Shown here: positions 33,201-48,200 of the stretch, piece by piece
How the letters are laid out: every line of letters starts with the position of its first letter
Numbering within the stretch: the first letter of the stretch is position 1
From: Podarcis cretensis
Lineage: Eukaryota
NCBI GenBank assembly: GCA_951804945.1
Contig: OX638158.1
Location: 20,088,001 to 20,152,000, forward strand
Length of the DNA stretch: 64,000 bases
Direction of reading: 5' to 3'
The notes under the pieces: generated by a model
The model's database searches: none
What the model saw: only the letters and a program-made list of their open reading frames with translations
What the model was told of the DNA's origin: nothing
Made by a program: the position numbers and the translations under genes

Positions 33201-36200
33201 TCGCTACTCATGGCTACTTGTACATTTCATGGAAATGCTTATGGGCTTATTGGGGAAGGGTTCAGGATATTTCCTTCTGAATGCATAGGAGACTGCTTGA
33301 GAATGTTATGCAAGCCGTTCTGAGCTCCTTGGAGAAAGAGCAGGGTTGCCATATAAGAGACTGAAGTACATTAATAGCACTGATGGAAACATAATGTTCC
33401 CATGAGAACAGAAGCTCCTGTGATATGCTTGAAGGGTGAGCATGATGCTGCCGCTGCCCCAGATAGGCTCAAGAACAGAGGGAAACGCTTTCTGCTTGCA
33501 CGGCAGCTGCGCCTGCACTTCAAAGAACAGTGCGCTGTGAGGCATAACGCTGAATCATATCCATGAAAGGGTCTGCACTCATCGGGGTCAAGAAGTAGGC
33601 AGGCAGGGGCTGTGTGAGATATCATCATCACACATGGTGAGCTTGAGAATAATCTGAGGCCACAGGAGAGATTTTCACAGCTAACCTGCATATATTCTAG
33701 ATAGGGGCATATGATGTGCTAAAATCTTTTCTATTTAATTGTGCTCAGATTTTTGAATCTGAATTATGCAAACTGAGCATATCTGTACATTTAAGGATTT
33801 TACAGCATTTATTCTCCTTCTGTTAATCTTCAGGAGGGACAAAAGCTTTGGGAGCTGCTAGGTCCTAGCAAGACACAAAGGTCTTCAGGACACAAGGAAA
33901 ATTGGCTGTTGGTGTAAGTGTACCACTCTGGAGTTTTGGCAGAAAATAATTATTCATTTCACAATCCATGAAAACTCGGCAGAATGGAACTGGGTGGGTT
34001 CACTCATCCCAAGCAAATATATTTGTTTTATTTAAAAGCATTTACATGCAGTTTAGGATTTCAAAAACTTCTAAGCAGTGTACAGTTTAAACAATATACA
34101 ATTAAAACAAAAACGCAACTAAAACAGCAATAGAAAAACACATAAAAGCATATAGAGGCATTGCAGACATGTCAAACAGGGTCCAGTCTTACAGGCCAGG
34201 GAAAGCCTGGACAAAAAGGCAAGTCTTCCCAAGATAGTTTTCTAAGTTGCTCATCAGAGAAGGACCCAGACATAGATCAAAACGTTCCTGGTTTAGGCCC
34301 CCGATACTGGTGTTGGCTACAACATGTTTCCTAATTTCCAGTGCGGAAGCTGCGTTGGCCTCTTGCAGCTGTTTCCTGCACGCTTTTTGTTACGTTCCTC
34401 CCCATCAGGGATTTTTAAAGCACCCACACCTCACAGCTCTTGTGGCCCTTTCAAATGCACTACATGAGCCTTCCATCTTTGCTTTGCCATGGTTGCAGCA
34501 GGGAAACTTGAGATGCCACAGCTCCGAGCCCCTGCTTTGCAAGCAGAAGGTCCCAGGTTCAATCCCTGGCATCTCCAGTTAAAGGACCAGCTATCAAGTT
34601 GTGGGTGAGTCCTCTAGTTGGGACTCTGGCCGCAGGAGACAATACTGGGCTAGATGGATAACAGCTGGAAGGCAGTGTCCAATGCCCCTTTGACTCCAGA
34701 AGGTGTTTTCTGCAAAAAAAATCTGCATGAACTGCAATCAATGAAGTCCCCAAGTCTCCACCACCCCCATTTACGTTGCCTGAATCATAATATTGTAGTT
34801 TTCAGGCCTCAATAATACAATATGCTTCTGAAGGAGGATTCCTGCCTAAGGCATCCATTTTGGCTTCATTAAAAAGCAAAGCAAAACCTCATTTGATTCT
34901 AGATCAGGGGTCAGCAACCTTTTTCTAGATCAGGGGTCAGCAACCACCGTCCCTCAGACCATATGGTGGGCCGGACTATATTTTGTAGGGAAAAATGAAC
35001 GAATTCCTATGCCCCACAAATAACCCAGAGATGCATTTTAAATAAAAGCACACATTCTACTGTAAAAACACGCTGATTCCCGGACCATCCGTGGGCTGGA
35101 TTGAGAAGGCGATTGGGCCGCATCCGGCCCGTAGGCCTTAGGTTGCCTACCCCTGTTTCTAGATCAACCAGAGACACAAGGTCAGCTGCCTAATGCCAGT
35201 ATACAACCGAATCAAGCACCGCCTTCTGAACTTTTGATGTCTTAAGCATTCCAATGAGAACAAGTTTCGTTGGGTTGGGGGACCCAGAAGAGAAACAGAA
35301 TTGTAGAGTTGGAAAGGACAATAATCATTTGGTCCAATGCAGGAGTCTTTTGCCCAACGCAGAGCTTGAACCCACAACCCTGAGATTAAAAGACTCATGC
35401 TGAATAGCTCAGTTGGCTTGAGTTTGGTGCTGATAATGCCAAGGTTGCAGGTTCGATCCCCGTAAGGGGGAGCTGCATATTCCTGCATTGCAGGGGATTG
35501 GACTAAATGATCCTCAGAGGCTCTTCCAACTCTATGATTTTTGCTATCTCTGAGCTATCACTATAATGCTTTGAATTCCACAAGCATCACAGAGAAGCGG
35601 CTTTTCTTAAAGGTACAGAATCTTCAAAAGCAGCGAAGTGCTTGCAGTTAAGTTTGGGGCTCACTACAACACTGGCTTGTGTAATCGTCCTCCCTTTGCA
35701 AGTCTGCTCTCATTTGAAAATCACCTTTCGAGGGGAGGACAGGGTAATTACGCTGACTTACAGCCCAACTCCCTTGAGCATGGAACATTAATCTTAAGTG
35801 CCCCTTTTTACAACTACTGGAGCAAAGGAACGTCAAGGCTCATTTTAGATTCTTACATTGCAAGGGGAAACGTGCCGTGCAGGATCAACTGAATCAATCA
35901 GAAAGCTCCCTCCTCCTCCCTTTCCCAGATTATAATAAAAATAAATCCAGAACCCACAATTAATCAGTCTGCTTACTTCATAGTAGCTGCAGAGAATGTG
36001 ACTTCTACCGCTTGACCTGATCCTCCTGTTAGTCTAGCAGCGTGGGAGCACTAGTAGCGCTGCTGCTTCGTGCGCCCCCAGGTAACTTGCCAAGCCCCAC
36101 ACCACGCAGAAGGAGCCTTTGTTGCAGCTCCTGTGCACTCCCAAAACTAACTCAGTCTACCAAGGGATTGCATTAGCAATAGGGAGGAGTCAGAGCTGCA

Positions 36201-39200
36201 CATGTTGCTTGAGTGCAGCCTCCCCAAACCTGGTTCCCTCCTGGACTACAACTCCCATCAGCCCCAGCCAGCATGGCCAATGGTCAGGGATGGTGGGAGC
36301 TGCAGTGTAAAAAAAATATCTGGAGGGCACCACGTTGGGGAATGTTACCATGGTGGAAGGAGAAGAAGTGCCTCAGTGATTCCCATCCCAGTGGGTAGTA
36401 AAAGCATCAGATCTAATAAGACATTGGGGCTCCCCTGTAGCTACTGAGAGAAGATACTTTCCTCATCTATTTACAACTGAGCCAATGCTGCTCCTCCCAC
36501 AATGTGGACACCATGTTCACATGCTACAAAGTTGTGGAGAAGGACCTTTCAATGGTTCTGGGAGCAATGGCAACCCCAACCATGAGGGTCATCCAGTTCA
36601 ACCCCCAAAACCCTGAGATTAATAATCTCGTGCTCTACCGACTGAGCTATCCACTTGCAGCACATCTATTGCCCTGGACCATTTTTAAAATTAAAAGTTG
36701 ATGAGTCAGTGAAGACCCGTATATTTTATTTATTGATTAAATTTCTATATCGCCTTTCATCCAAGGATCACAGGGTGGTTCACAAGTGACCCAAACCTAT
36801 GATTCTAACAGTTCACCAAACTATTCTTTACTGATGCTTCATGTTATTACCTCCTCAGATGAGATAATGTCTTGAGGGAACAGGCAGATCGAGAATGAGC
36901 CTCTCCTATTACCTTTTCTATCGTTGTTGCAGACAAGAAGTTTACTGCTGCTAGGGGACAACTGTTTTTGACTCGCAACCTCTTTGACTCAATATTAGTT
37001 ATTGCTCTAATGGCCTTGTGACTGGTGCTCCACAGTATTGAAAATCCATACTCTTTAAGTCTGTTGTCACTGAGAGCAATTAATTTCGTTTATTCTCTGG
37101 AGGTGGTTCAAAATGAAGACAGCCTTACTCATGCCCCACCTGCAAAGAGGAAAAATCAGTATGCGGCACTGGCTCCCAACTCTGCATGCGATGATAAAGC
37201 AACCCAGCATCAGAATCCCAAAGGCAAAGCCCTGGTTTCCTTATCCTTGCACTATTTTCCATATGGCCTTATCAACCTACGTAGATGTAACAGTATACCT
37301 ACAGTGAATGAGAGAAAGGATGCCTGCCTACGACAGTGCTTTTATTGACATAAGCATTAATTTTCCATAAGTAAACACAAATAAATGAAAACATTTCAGA
37401 GATGCTTCTGACATGTTTTACATATTTGCAAAATGGGGCACCTGCCTCATTGGGACAGGCAAGAGGTATATCTTCAAAAGTTGTACGCTGTTTGCCAACC
37501 CTAACACTAACCCTTTGCATGCACAAAGTCCACATTCAGTCCCAGGTATTATCTAACTAGGGCTGGGAAATATTCTCTTGCCGGATATTGCAAGTCTGTG
37601 CAAATAGTACTGAGATACATGAGCCACAAACGACAGCTTCCCATGTTGTACGTGCAGCAAGGAACACATGAATGTGCCTAACATCCCTTGGCGTGCATGA
37701 GACTTTTGGTGGGCGATTATGCAAGTTTAGCAGCTGTTGCCTCCACAGCTCCATGCCTCTCCTGAGCAACAGAATAGAAAAAAATTATAGAATACGGAGG
37801 GGGGACCACCACAATATAAAATGCATCATTTCTACAGGTGGTATAATTCAGGTACAGAAACCGACACACAACTGGGGCTAGGTTAGTATAGAATTGCCTT
37901 CATTTTTAACAATTTCATGGTTTTTTCCTGCGTGGAAAGTAGACATCTCTTATCACAGGCATGTGCCCAACAGAGCTGAAAATTAGCATTAGTATACAGT
38001 ACAAAGCATAGGTGGTGAACTGGAATGGAACTGGTTACCTGTTCAGCCAACAGTGAAGCGAGGCTGGAGTAAGCATCTGCAAAATCTGGTCCATACTGAA
38101 TGGAATCTCTCAGTAAGAGAACAGCTTCTTCCTTCTTCCCCCGGGACCTGTAAGTCATAGGAATTTGGATGGGGGAGAGAGAAAGCAGTTCTCTTAACAA
38201 CTTTCTCAGCTCACCAATTGATTAAAAATACCGTTAACAGACTCAAAAGTGCCTGTCTTCTCCTTTTCAGAAAGGGCTAGATAATTAAATTTTCTTCTAT
38301 CGAGCGTCTCCTGGGGCAATATCATATTGCACAGCCTGACAGCACAAAGAGGAGTGGGAGCAGCCACTGGATATGAGCTACGTTGTGGTGCCTTGGCACC
38401 TGCTGGCAACATTTTCTGTAGCCTGCTGGGCAGCACATGCAATCCCTACAAAAGCCCCTTCCCTCCCTTGTCAGCACTTCTTTCCATTTGCTATTGTATC
38501 GGGGCAACACAAATCTCCCAGGGAACCTGAGTGAAGCAAACCAGGCTGATGGAAAACTCAAAATACTGTACTGGAGGTGCGGGGAGAGAAGAGGATCTGT
38601 ATAAGGAACTTTGTGGTTCTCACTGTGAATCGTGCAACCCAATCTTCTCAGTTTCTGACTGCTACTCCAGGAAGGAGGCAGAGGGAATCGTTTTTCTCTA
38701 CTTCTGAAACTCCACATAAACTAGAGATGCTTAGCAGTCTAATTTTACATGCTGGTTCTCCATATGTGTTCCGGCGTCATGCTGAGAGGAAGAGGACCGC
38801 AGTGAGCTGGGTTGGTGTCGTTAAAACATATAGCTAGTCAAATCGCACATTGCACATTTAAAGCAAATTTATATGGCTTCTCCCAAAGAATCCTGAGAAC
38901 TGTAGTTCACCTGCCACAGAGCTACAATTCCCAGCACCCACCACAGGCTACAGTTCTCAGGCTTCTTTGGGTATCTGGGGTTAAAGCTAGACTTTATGAC
39001 ATATATGTGGCCGAAGTTGAAAATGACAGCTCTGTGCCGCCACCTCTCTCTTCTCTGTAACATTTTATTAATAAAGAATACAGTATTATTCTGAGAATGT
39101 GACTTCATCATGCTTCATGTGTTTTGTATTACTATAGACATTACTGCGGGGGAGACACTGGGCAGCTGCTTTCAGAAGCAGACGAGCCTCTCTTGTGTCC

Positions 39201-42200
39201 TAGCCTCAGTACACCTGCAGCCGCCATTTCCTGTTTAAAAGGAGTAAAACTGAAACAGAAAACATTGTGCCCAGCTATGCAAATAGGTCAACTTATATAC
39301 ATCAGAGCCTACTGCATGTAAATCTGACAGCAAAGGAAAACACATTGAAAGTCATACACTGCCAAGTGCAAATGTATAACCTGGGAGGGGAAAGTTTGTG
39401 GTTTCTTTCAGATGCTCATGCCAACCTTAGCTAACAGCTCCAGATGCTGGCGGAATATTGATGTACTGTGGAAAAAGGAGCTAGCTGGCAGGCCCAAAGC
39501 ACGTTCAGTAATGACAAACCATAGTTTATTGTTACGATTAAATGCAGCTAGTGTCATTTTGATAAACGCTAACTCTACAAGGATCCAGTGTAGGATGCCT
39601 ACCTTCTTCTGGCTTTCCACCTGTTCCAAGTTATTACTGTCCATAAATTCCACTGTGGTCCACCTTTTAAAAAATCAGCTGCAATATTTGCCTTCAGAAT
39701 TGAAGTCCCTGAGAAGGGCAAACTACAAATTGCTTAGTGAGACCTGGGCCTCCCGTGAATCAGCAGGAGACGGCTCAACAAATGAAAAGTTCCCCAGAAG
39801 CACTGATTAAGGAGCACACTTGCCCTCTGGGAGCCATTAGCTTTAATATCTTGGACTAAAGTCATTTACTGGTAGTCTCTCTCTCCCTCTCTACTTCTGA
39901 CTCCCATATCTATAAAATCAGCACAGGGCATGGTAAGCTCAAACAGGCCCCATTTTTTTTCATGTCTGAGGTTGCCATAGGGAAAGGCGGGGATATAAAA
40001 GCGAAGAGAGGAGTATGATGAAGCTCAGCAGTAATTGCGGAAATAATGAGAGGGAAATGACACTGCTTCTGTCACTGCCTGCCCATGCCGCCATCTTGGC
40101 TGCTCATGACTGAAGAGCATAATATGACATTGGACTCCCTATCGGTTGTCTCCCAGTCTGTGTGTGAGGAAGGCTTTCTAAAGTTAGATGCAAACATGTG
40201 CAAACAAAGCACTAACAGGCATGTAAAGGAAAATGGCTGAGGGAATCATTTTGAGTGTTGAAGTGCCCTTCTGTTCAGCCATTTTCCCTCCATCTCAGCT
40301 GTCTTAGCTTTATGGCATACATTTCTATGTAATGAGCAGTCTTCCTCTCAGACTTCCAAAGCCAGGGATTTTACTCCTTGAGGGCCATTTCCCAGAGCGT
40401 ATTTTAAACCAGCTGGAGCAGGCTCACAAGCAACTCCCACATTTAAAAATGCAACGAGGGAATGGTTTGTGTGTGTGCTGCTTCAAGAAAAACTATATAC
40501 ACAGATGCTTCAGCAAAACATTTTCTTTCTTAGAAGTTGGTCTGTGTGCATAGACCCTTCCCATACCTACTTCCAAAAACGAGACAACTATGCCAGAACG
40601 TGTCCCTTCATCTCCTGCTTCCAATGTAGAACATGGGAAGAGGCCACAGCACAGTAATAGAGCATATTCTTCTCCTGAAAATGGTCCCATGTTCAGGCCC
40701 TGGCACCTCCAGTTAAAAGGATCCAGTAGCAAGTGAGAGGAACGACTTTTGCTAGAAAACCTGGGGAGCCACTCTTTGTCAGAACGGACAATACCGAGCT
40801 GGATGCACAAATGCAGAAGGTACAAGGCTTTGAACCAACTCACTTGTTCTGCAGGTTCTCTTCAATGTACTACTCTTTGCTTGTAATACATTGTATGTAC
40901 AAGGGATGGGAATACAGAATAATCCTTTTTCTGGGTAAGCAGCTTCGCAAGTAACCTGTGGCCCTCCAGATGTTACTTAACTACAACTTCCATCAGCCTA
41001 TATCCCCTACTTTACACTTACAAAATAACTGTTATCAGAAAATTAATGGCACACTAAAGTACAGACAATACACCTGCATCTTTAAACACCCATGGCTCAA
41101 GCAGGTCAGATACCTGGTTGTTTAACACTTGGTATGTCATCTACATTTTCATGATAGACTACCCAGAACAGTTATGTCTGCTGCATACATTTTCATGATG
41201 CATAAAATCAGGGGTGCACTCAACAACACAGACAAGCTATCATCTCTTTTTTTTTAATAAGCTGGGAAATTTAGAAGATCATATTTGTGGCTTTGCAAAT
41301 ATTATATATTGCCCCACCACCACCACCACTCAGTTTTACAGCAGGGGCATTTCTTTCTTTATAAAGCAGCAGATAGCTAACCTACTGCTCTCCAGAAGCT
41401 GCGCAACCCCAACTCCCATCAGCCCCAGTAATAATGGTCACTAACTAGAGGTGATGGCAGTTGTAGTCTAGCAACATAGGAAGGACCATAGGTTAGGCAT
41501 CTCTGATGAACAACAGTTGCTTTGGGGAAGGAATGCCACAGTACAATATTGAAACTAACTTATCGAAGCCCTGTCAAATGAAGGCCTATGCACCTTCCAC
41601 TATCCTGCTGAATAATGAAAGGTCAGCTAACTTGTCAATTTATAGATCATCAACTGAGGCCCTTCCTCATGCGCCTCCTCCACAAGAGGGTGGCAATAGG
41701 AGAACGGGCCTTTTCTGTGGTGGCCCCCCGCTTGTGGAATGCACTCCTCCGGGAAGCTCGCCTTGTGCCTTCATTACATATATTTAGGCGCCAGGCAAAA
41801 ATATCCCTCTTCTCCCAGGTCTCTGGCTAATTAAACAATCTATGGCCTTTAAAACTGTTTTGGGGGGGGGTTATTGTTTTTGTTTGTCACCATGTTATGT
41901 ATTTTTCTGTTTTCATACTGCAAACCACCCTGTGATCCTTGGATGCAGGGCGCTACAGAAATGTAATAAATGAATAAAAATTCAAATTAAAGCATCTGAG
42001 GTCACCGGCTTGAGTATCTGTGGAACATTTCAGTGACATGGAAAATTGATGACTGCTCTGGCAAAAGATTTGGCAAGAGTGAAGGAAATGCCAGTATCAG
42101 AAGTTAAAGGATTAAGAAACCCACTCAGCAGCAGTAAAAAAATCTTTATTACCCACAGGCATGCTTCTTGAGCACCATGTAGTCCTCTCAATTATCCTCT

Positions 42201-45200
42201 TTTTTCTGTTAATGGCTTTTTTTTTTTTATTTGAACAGAGAACAATGTGCATTTTTAAAAGAGATAATAAAAAGATTATAGCATCCCTTATGTGGCAGCC
42301 TGAATTACATATGTTGCTCTGACCCATTCCAGACAGAGGCTCCGTTTTAGGCAAAGAAGCAGCTGACATACAATTGTACACAATCAGTCATTACAACCAA
42401 GACTAGATAAATGTGGTCCAGTAGACAGGAAGTTGGATTTAGATTCAGAAGTCTGCCTCTGCTACATTGGCTTGTTTGGACCTAACACTAAATTATGGTT
42501 TATAAAGTATGGGAATGAGCCTTGGGCTTACATGCTGGTGCAGTAGCTTACTCAAGAACAAACACTGGCCCATTTCAGATGTAATGATAAAACATAGTTT
42601 AGCCACACAGGAACAAGCCTTAGAGTGACACCCCCACCCCTCTGGTGTGGTCACAAGGAAGAAATTAGAAGTTGCCACTGCCTGGTTTCCACTAACCAGA
42701 TTTTCTTGTTACATCTGAACTGGGAATTCTGGTTAGTTTAAATTCTGGTTTGTTGAAACAAGCCAGAATCATAAAGTGTAGCTTGTTCTTAGCTTGTTTC
42801 AATAAACCATGGTTTAAACCAACTACAGTTTCCCCCCTTTGCCGTCCACCTCTGGGAACATTCTAGGCTGTTGCCTGGCTCACAACCCAGTGAGGGTTCT
42901 GTGAAGGCAATGATGGTATTAGCAGGCTCTTTCACATGGGATACAGGGCTACCACACCTCAAACAATGGTGCCAGTCTGAAAGGGGGATGCTTCTTGTTC
43001 CCACTTACACACATACATTTCCACAGTGTGCAGCTGCTGACACATGCAACTAGTATCTCCATGGAATTTTTCCTGGGTTTTGATCCTGTTACCATTTCCC
43101 GAGGCCTACTAGTGCAGGCTATCGGTTCTGCTGAACAGGGCAACTGTCTTTCAGTGTTAAGTTTCCCATCTGCTTGGTCCACTATATGAAAGAGTTGAGG
43201 ATGAAACACAAGCACATGATTGCACAACACAATGCAAAGTCAAACAGCATATAAACATTATTTAGCAGTAGTCCAAAGAATTATGGGCTACGAAACTCTT
43301 CCTGCCTGTGACCGAGGGATCTGCTGCATGGGGGGGGGGGGCGGGGGATCACTCAGAGTATGTGTTTGTTTCCCGAGGGCAAGATGTATATTGCAGGAAA
43401 ACAAAGGACCTGGCTGGCTATACTTCCTACCTTTTCTAAATTCACTGAGTGACCTCCTGCCAGCAGCTGCTGGGGCAGAACCAGGAACCTCCAGATCTGT
43501 GCTCTGCTGCCCTGTAAACAGTTCCCTGGTCTATGATACCTTTTCACAGTTCACTCAGCCCATCTTGTCTGTTGGATTTCCCTGACCTACTAGGGCTTCT
43601 AAAGTCTCCCACTGCCTGGCTGTCAGACCGGCTCCCATAAGGGCATGCAATGGACAATCACAGGGCATCATCTCCTCTGGACTGGAAACAAGCTGGGCTA
43701 TTTTCTCTGTGTGAAAGAGTATGGTTTATTTCTAAGCCATGCTGAATTTGAGTCACAGAAACCCTTGATCCCCCAAATCCCCACTTCTCCCCATAACACA
43801 TGCCCAGTTAGGGCAGTAGCTCTCCAGCTGTGGGGAGACAGAAAGAGGGAGGTATCTCTCTCACTTCCTCTCCATTCTGCTACTGACACTGCAGTCATAA
43901 CAAGGAGCTCCTAGTGTGCAGGTGCATGCTGGGTGCACTACAGATACCTGCCCATCCAGACTGGAGTTGTCTGGGAGCTCCAGTAAGAGATGCTGAAATT
44001 GGAGAAGGCAGAGGAAACAGAAGCAGCAGTTTAATCAGAGAAAAGAAAGGGAGGCATGAAAGGGGACTCTGAGAAAGCAGGAAATTAATAGTCTTGCTGG
44101 GGAGAATGGGAAGCTGTGATTGCTAGGACTAAGCTACTAAAACTAAGTGATGTGGAATAAGATGGCAGAATTAACTGTAGCACTTCAGGTTGCAGGTGGA
44201 GGATTTTTATTTTTTTTTAAAAGATGTTCAACTATGAAAAGTTTCTTGCAAGTAGAAAACTAGCAGTTAGGAGAATGCTAATCTACAACAGGCATCCCCA
44301 ACCTGTGGCCCTCCAGATGTTTTGGCCTACAACCCCCATGATCCCTAGCTAACAGGACCAGTGGTCAGGGATGATGGGAATTGTAGTCCAAAACATCTGG
44401 AGGGCCAAAGGTTGGGGATGCCTAGTCTACAACCTCTTTCCCTTCATTATGTCTCAGTTTTCTTCTTATGAAGTTATCATTTGGGGGGGGGGGAGACTAT
44501 GCAACCCTCAAAACTAGTATCCCCCTACCTGGACTCTCATGTGATATAGTCAATTCTATCACATTCTGCTTAATGAACTGCTCTGGCCAAAGGTAAGGAG
44601 AAAGAATGACAACTAGTTTTCCTTTACTCTTTCAAAGCTGCTCAAACTTTACTGAATATTCATACATTAGGTGCCCCCTCCTCCAGGGCATCCTATCTCA
44701 AAATACAACAGAACAGAGAGCACTTTTTTTATTTTACACCAGGATGACCTTCTGCACTGATTCTCTTCCCCTTCACTCTTTATCACATAGGGAGGAAAAT
44801 AAAATGACATCACAAGTTTTCTTAAGAAGATAGCTGGAAACAAAGCCAAGGATTTGTAACACGCTTCCGATCTAAATGCAGTATCTAGTCCACAGATGGG
44901 CCCTAAGGCAAAACTGGAAAACTGGAAGTGGTTTTGTTTTCACTGCAAAAGGGAAAATGCAGCTAGCCAGAAATATTTTATCTGAAACAAATGTACTGAT
45001 TACAGGGTAACTCTCTCTGGAAACATAGATCATTATGACTGATGGTAATCAGAATGCACATGGGAGCCAAGTATCCCAAAGTTAATCATAAACACAACTC
45101 CCTCAGTTCTGAAATTCCAAGTCATCTAAGCTCCAGTGATATATTTGCAAAACAGTTTGGGCATGCTCTCAGATGCAACATGGAACCTGCAGAGCTCCAG

Positions 45201-48200
45201 ATGTTTCTGGACACCAACTCCCATCATCTCTATGCTATCTGGGTCTGATGGGAACTGGAGTCCAGCAATATCTGGAGGGCTCAGAGGTTCCCCAGCAGTG
45301 TACTTAGCAAAGAAGTGGTTGACTAGAAGTTGTAACAATATGCATTTGAATAATTAAGACTTACCTGGGGCTGAAGAAGGTTCTAAGGACTCAAACATCC
45401 TCCCAAGCCAGTCAGACCTGGCTTTGATTTTCAAGAACCATTTTCTAATTTTAAACCTACAGGGGACTGAATGAGACCATAACCTACTTGAGCAGATTTC
45501 CAAGATTGAAGAGGGCCCGGTTGTGCTGTGGATTCAGCTGGAGGGCTCTGCTGTAGTATTCCTTTGCCTCTGCCAAGTCTTTGGTCAATGTCCCAAGGTT
45601 GTTCAGGGCACTTGCATGACGTGGGTACAACCTGAGGGTACAAGAAGGAAGTTGATTGTCTTGTTGTAAACAAAGGAGGCCATCAAACCCATTTCAACAC
45701 AAGCCTCCACTCTTGCAAACCCTAAAGCTGTTCCAGCCCAGATATTTCCCTGCTTCAGTGTGCAATCCCATACATTGTTACTTAGAAGTACGGTAAATGT
45801 GTTCAATGGGGCTTAGTCCCAGGTAACTGAGCATAGGACATCAGCTTTTATATGCAAGTATATGAAAGTGAATAACACTAGTTGCTTGGATGCAACAGAA
45901 GACTGCTATTGACTGCCATGTCCTGCTCGTGGGCTTCTCATGGATATTTTGATGGTCACTGGCTACTGTGCAAAGCAGGATTCAAGACAAGGTTGGCCTT
46001 TGTCCAGATGCAAGAGGGCTCTTTTTAAGTTCTTATGACATCAGAATGTCTGCTCCTCCTCTGCCACCGTTGCCTGTTGGTGAGGCCCTCAGTATGCCCT
46101 CTCCCTCTGTGCTTGATCTAGGCAGCCACCCAGAGAGGGCAGGTAGAGGACACTGTTCCATCCTGTCACTCTCCTCCATGTTCACATGCTCAGAGAGGAT
46201 GGGCTAGCAACTGGAATTTCGCAAGAGCAAGACAACAGGAAGAGAAGGCATAGCAAGGCCAGGCAGCTCCAGGGTTGGCAGCAATGATGGCAAGCCAAAC
46301 CTAAGCTTCTCCCATTATGGTGCAGGGTTAGGTCCTTGACCACTGGGCATGCTGATTGGAGGTGGCAGTCCAATACATCTGGAAGGCACAAGGTTGGGGG
46401 AAGCTGCCCAAAACATCACATTTCAAAGGAGTTTGCCAGGGGATTACTGGGGCTCCATTCCTACTCTGCCTTTTTTTTAAGGGGAGAATCTACCTGACGT
46501 GATCTTGCATCCTGATTATGGGACAGGATACAGCCTTCATTCTAATCTATAGCTCCGGTGCCTGAAAGGAGAGACAGCCTGTTTACATTTAATCCTGTCG
46601 GCTGTATTACGAAATACAGCTTTCCCATTTGGAGTCTCTCTGAAAACACACATGCGCGGGCACATGCACAACGGTATATATGTCACCGGTAATGGCAACC
46701 ATCTGCAAGCAATATCTCTCTTGCTATGTATCTCATTAGGCACGAGCTCCTCTTCGCTTCACCTAATCAAGTGCCAAGTTTATTTATTATTTATGAAAGA
46801 AAGCTGAATTTCATTAACACTCTCACTGGGGCATCCAGTTTTTTGTTTTATTTTTGTTTTATTTTTTTAAAAAACCCAATCAATTTCCCCATCTTTCTGA
46901 AATCCTAGGCATTTGCGTTAAGAACTTCCATCTCCTTCACAATTATAGCAAAAGGCTCAAAACAGTGCAATTCATTATGCCACTGGAAAAAGAAATGGAA
47001 GTAATACTTTAAATCAGGTTCAGCTTTGATTTCTGTACACAAGAAAAGCAGGATGTGGCGGGGGGGGGGGCAGAATGAATTATTCAGAAGACTCCTTCAA
47101 TGGTGCCACTGCAATTGTCAGAATAAATTTAGGCAGCCTGGCCTTGAACTATTAGAGGTACCACATACACTGCACAAAACTTCCAGTATCAATTATTGTC
47201 GCAGTCCTCCCCACACCATTGTTGCTCGAGAAAAGAAGTATCTTTGGCTGCCAAAGAATGGCGAATTGTAGCTTCAACACAAAAAAGATGTCAAGCAGAA
47301 ATGGATTTTAAATTTTTAGAGAACTGTTAAATGTTCTTCTATCTGAGACACTTAAAAGTTTTTTCTCCATTGCTGTTTGACATCTCAGTTAAACTGGTGG
47401 TGGCAAGGCAATGCCAAACTCAACCAGGGTGGAAGGGAGAAAGGAGGAACTTGTTGCCATGGATACCATCTACAATCAAGCAAATATACTGTATTAATTC
47501 ATCTTTCGTTTGTGTCAGGAAGCCGCTTAGGAAGCGCTGCAGTGAGAACGGGCTGTGGAACTGGCCAAAGTTTAAAGGAGCTCTGAATTTAGGTCAGAAG
47601 CCAGGGCTAAAGTTAAAAACAAATGCTTATGAGGTTGTCAGTTTTCAATGGTGAACAAGTAGTTTAGGCTGGAACTCAGGCAATGGGCAATATCCAGAGC
47701 TGGTCTGCAGAAAAGGGCAGGAACACAGATAAGCATACAGTGGAGCGGAACAGTTAACTGGTATTGCAGTGTTAGGCAAGAAGAATAAGAATAACAGAAC
47801 TGTAAGAATGGAAGGGATTCCCAAGGCCCATTTAGTGGGGTCATCTGGGGGTTTGGAGTACGTTGTCAGCAATATGCTGATGACACACAGCTCTACTTCT
47901 CCTTTACATCTGCTGGTGAGGCAGCGGAAGTGCTGGACCAGTGTCCTGCCTCACTAAGGGACTGGATGAGAGCCAACAAACTGAAGCTCAATCCAGATAA
48001 GGATTGAGGCACTGTTAATGGGTGGTTCCCTAGTTTGGATGGATGGGAGACTGCCTGCTCTTGATGGGGTTACACTTCCTCTGAAGAAGCAGATATACAG
48101 CTTGGTGATACTTCTAAATCCATTGCTGTCACTTGAGGCTAAGGTGGCCTCGGTGGCACAGAGTGCTTTCCATAAGCTTGGGTGACCCAGCTGCTCCCCT

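Noticed and set aside
35296-35559. Functional tRNA-Lys or tRNA-Ile genes
   Set aside because: Stems are degenerate, both are fused to CR1-type tails, and several divergent copies exist; these are SINE heads.
39965-40000. GC-box plus TATA (ggcggggatataaaa) as an internal promoter
   Set aside because: Matches the 3' tail pattern of the Squam3-like SINE (compare gggatataaag at ~1787); probably a repeat remnant.
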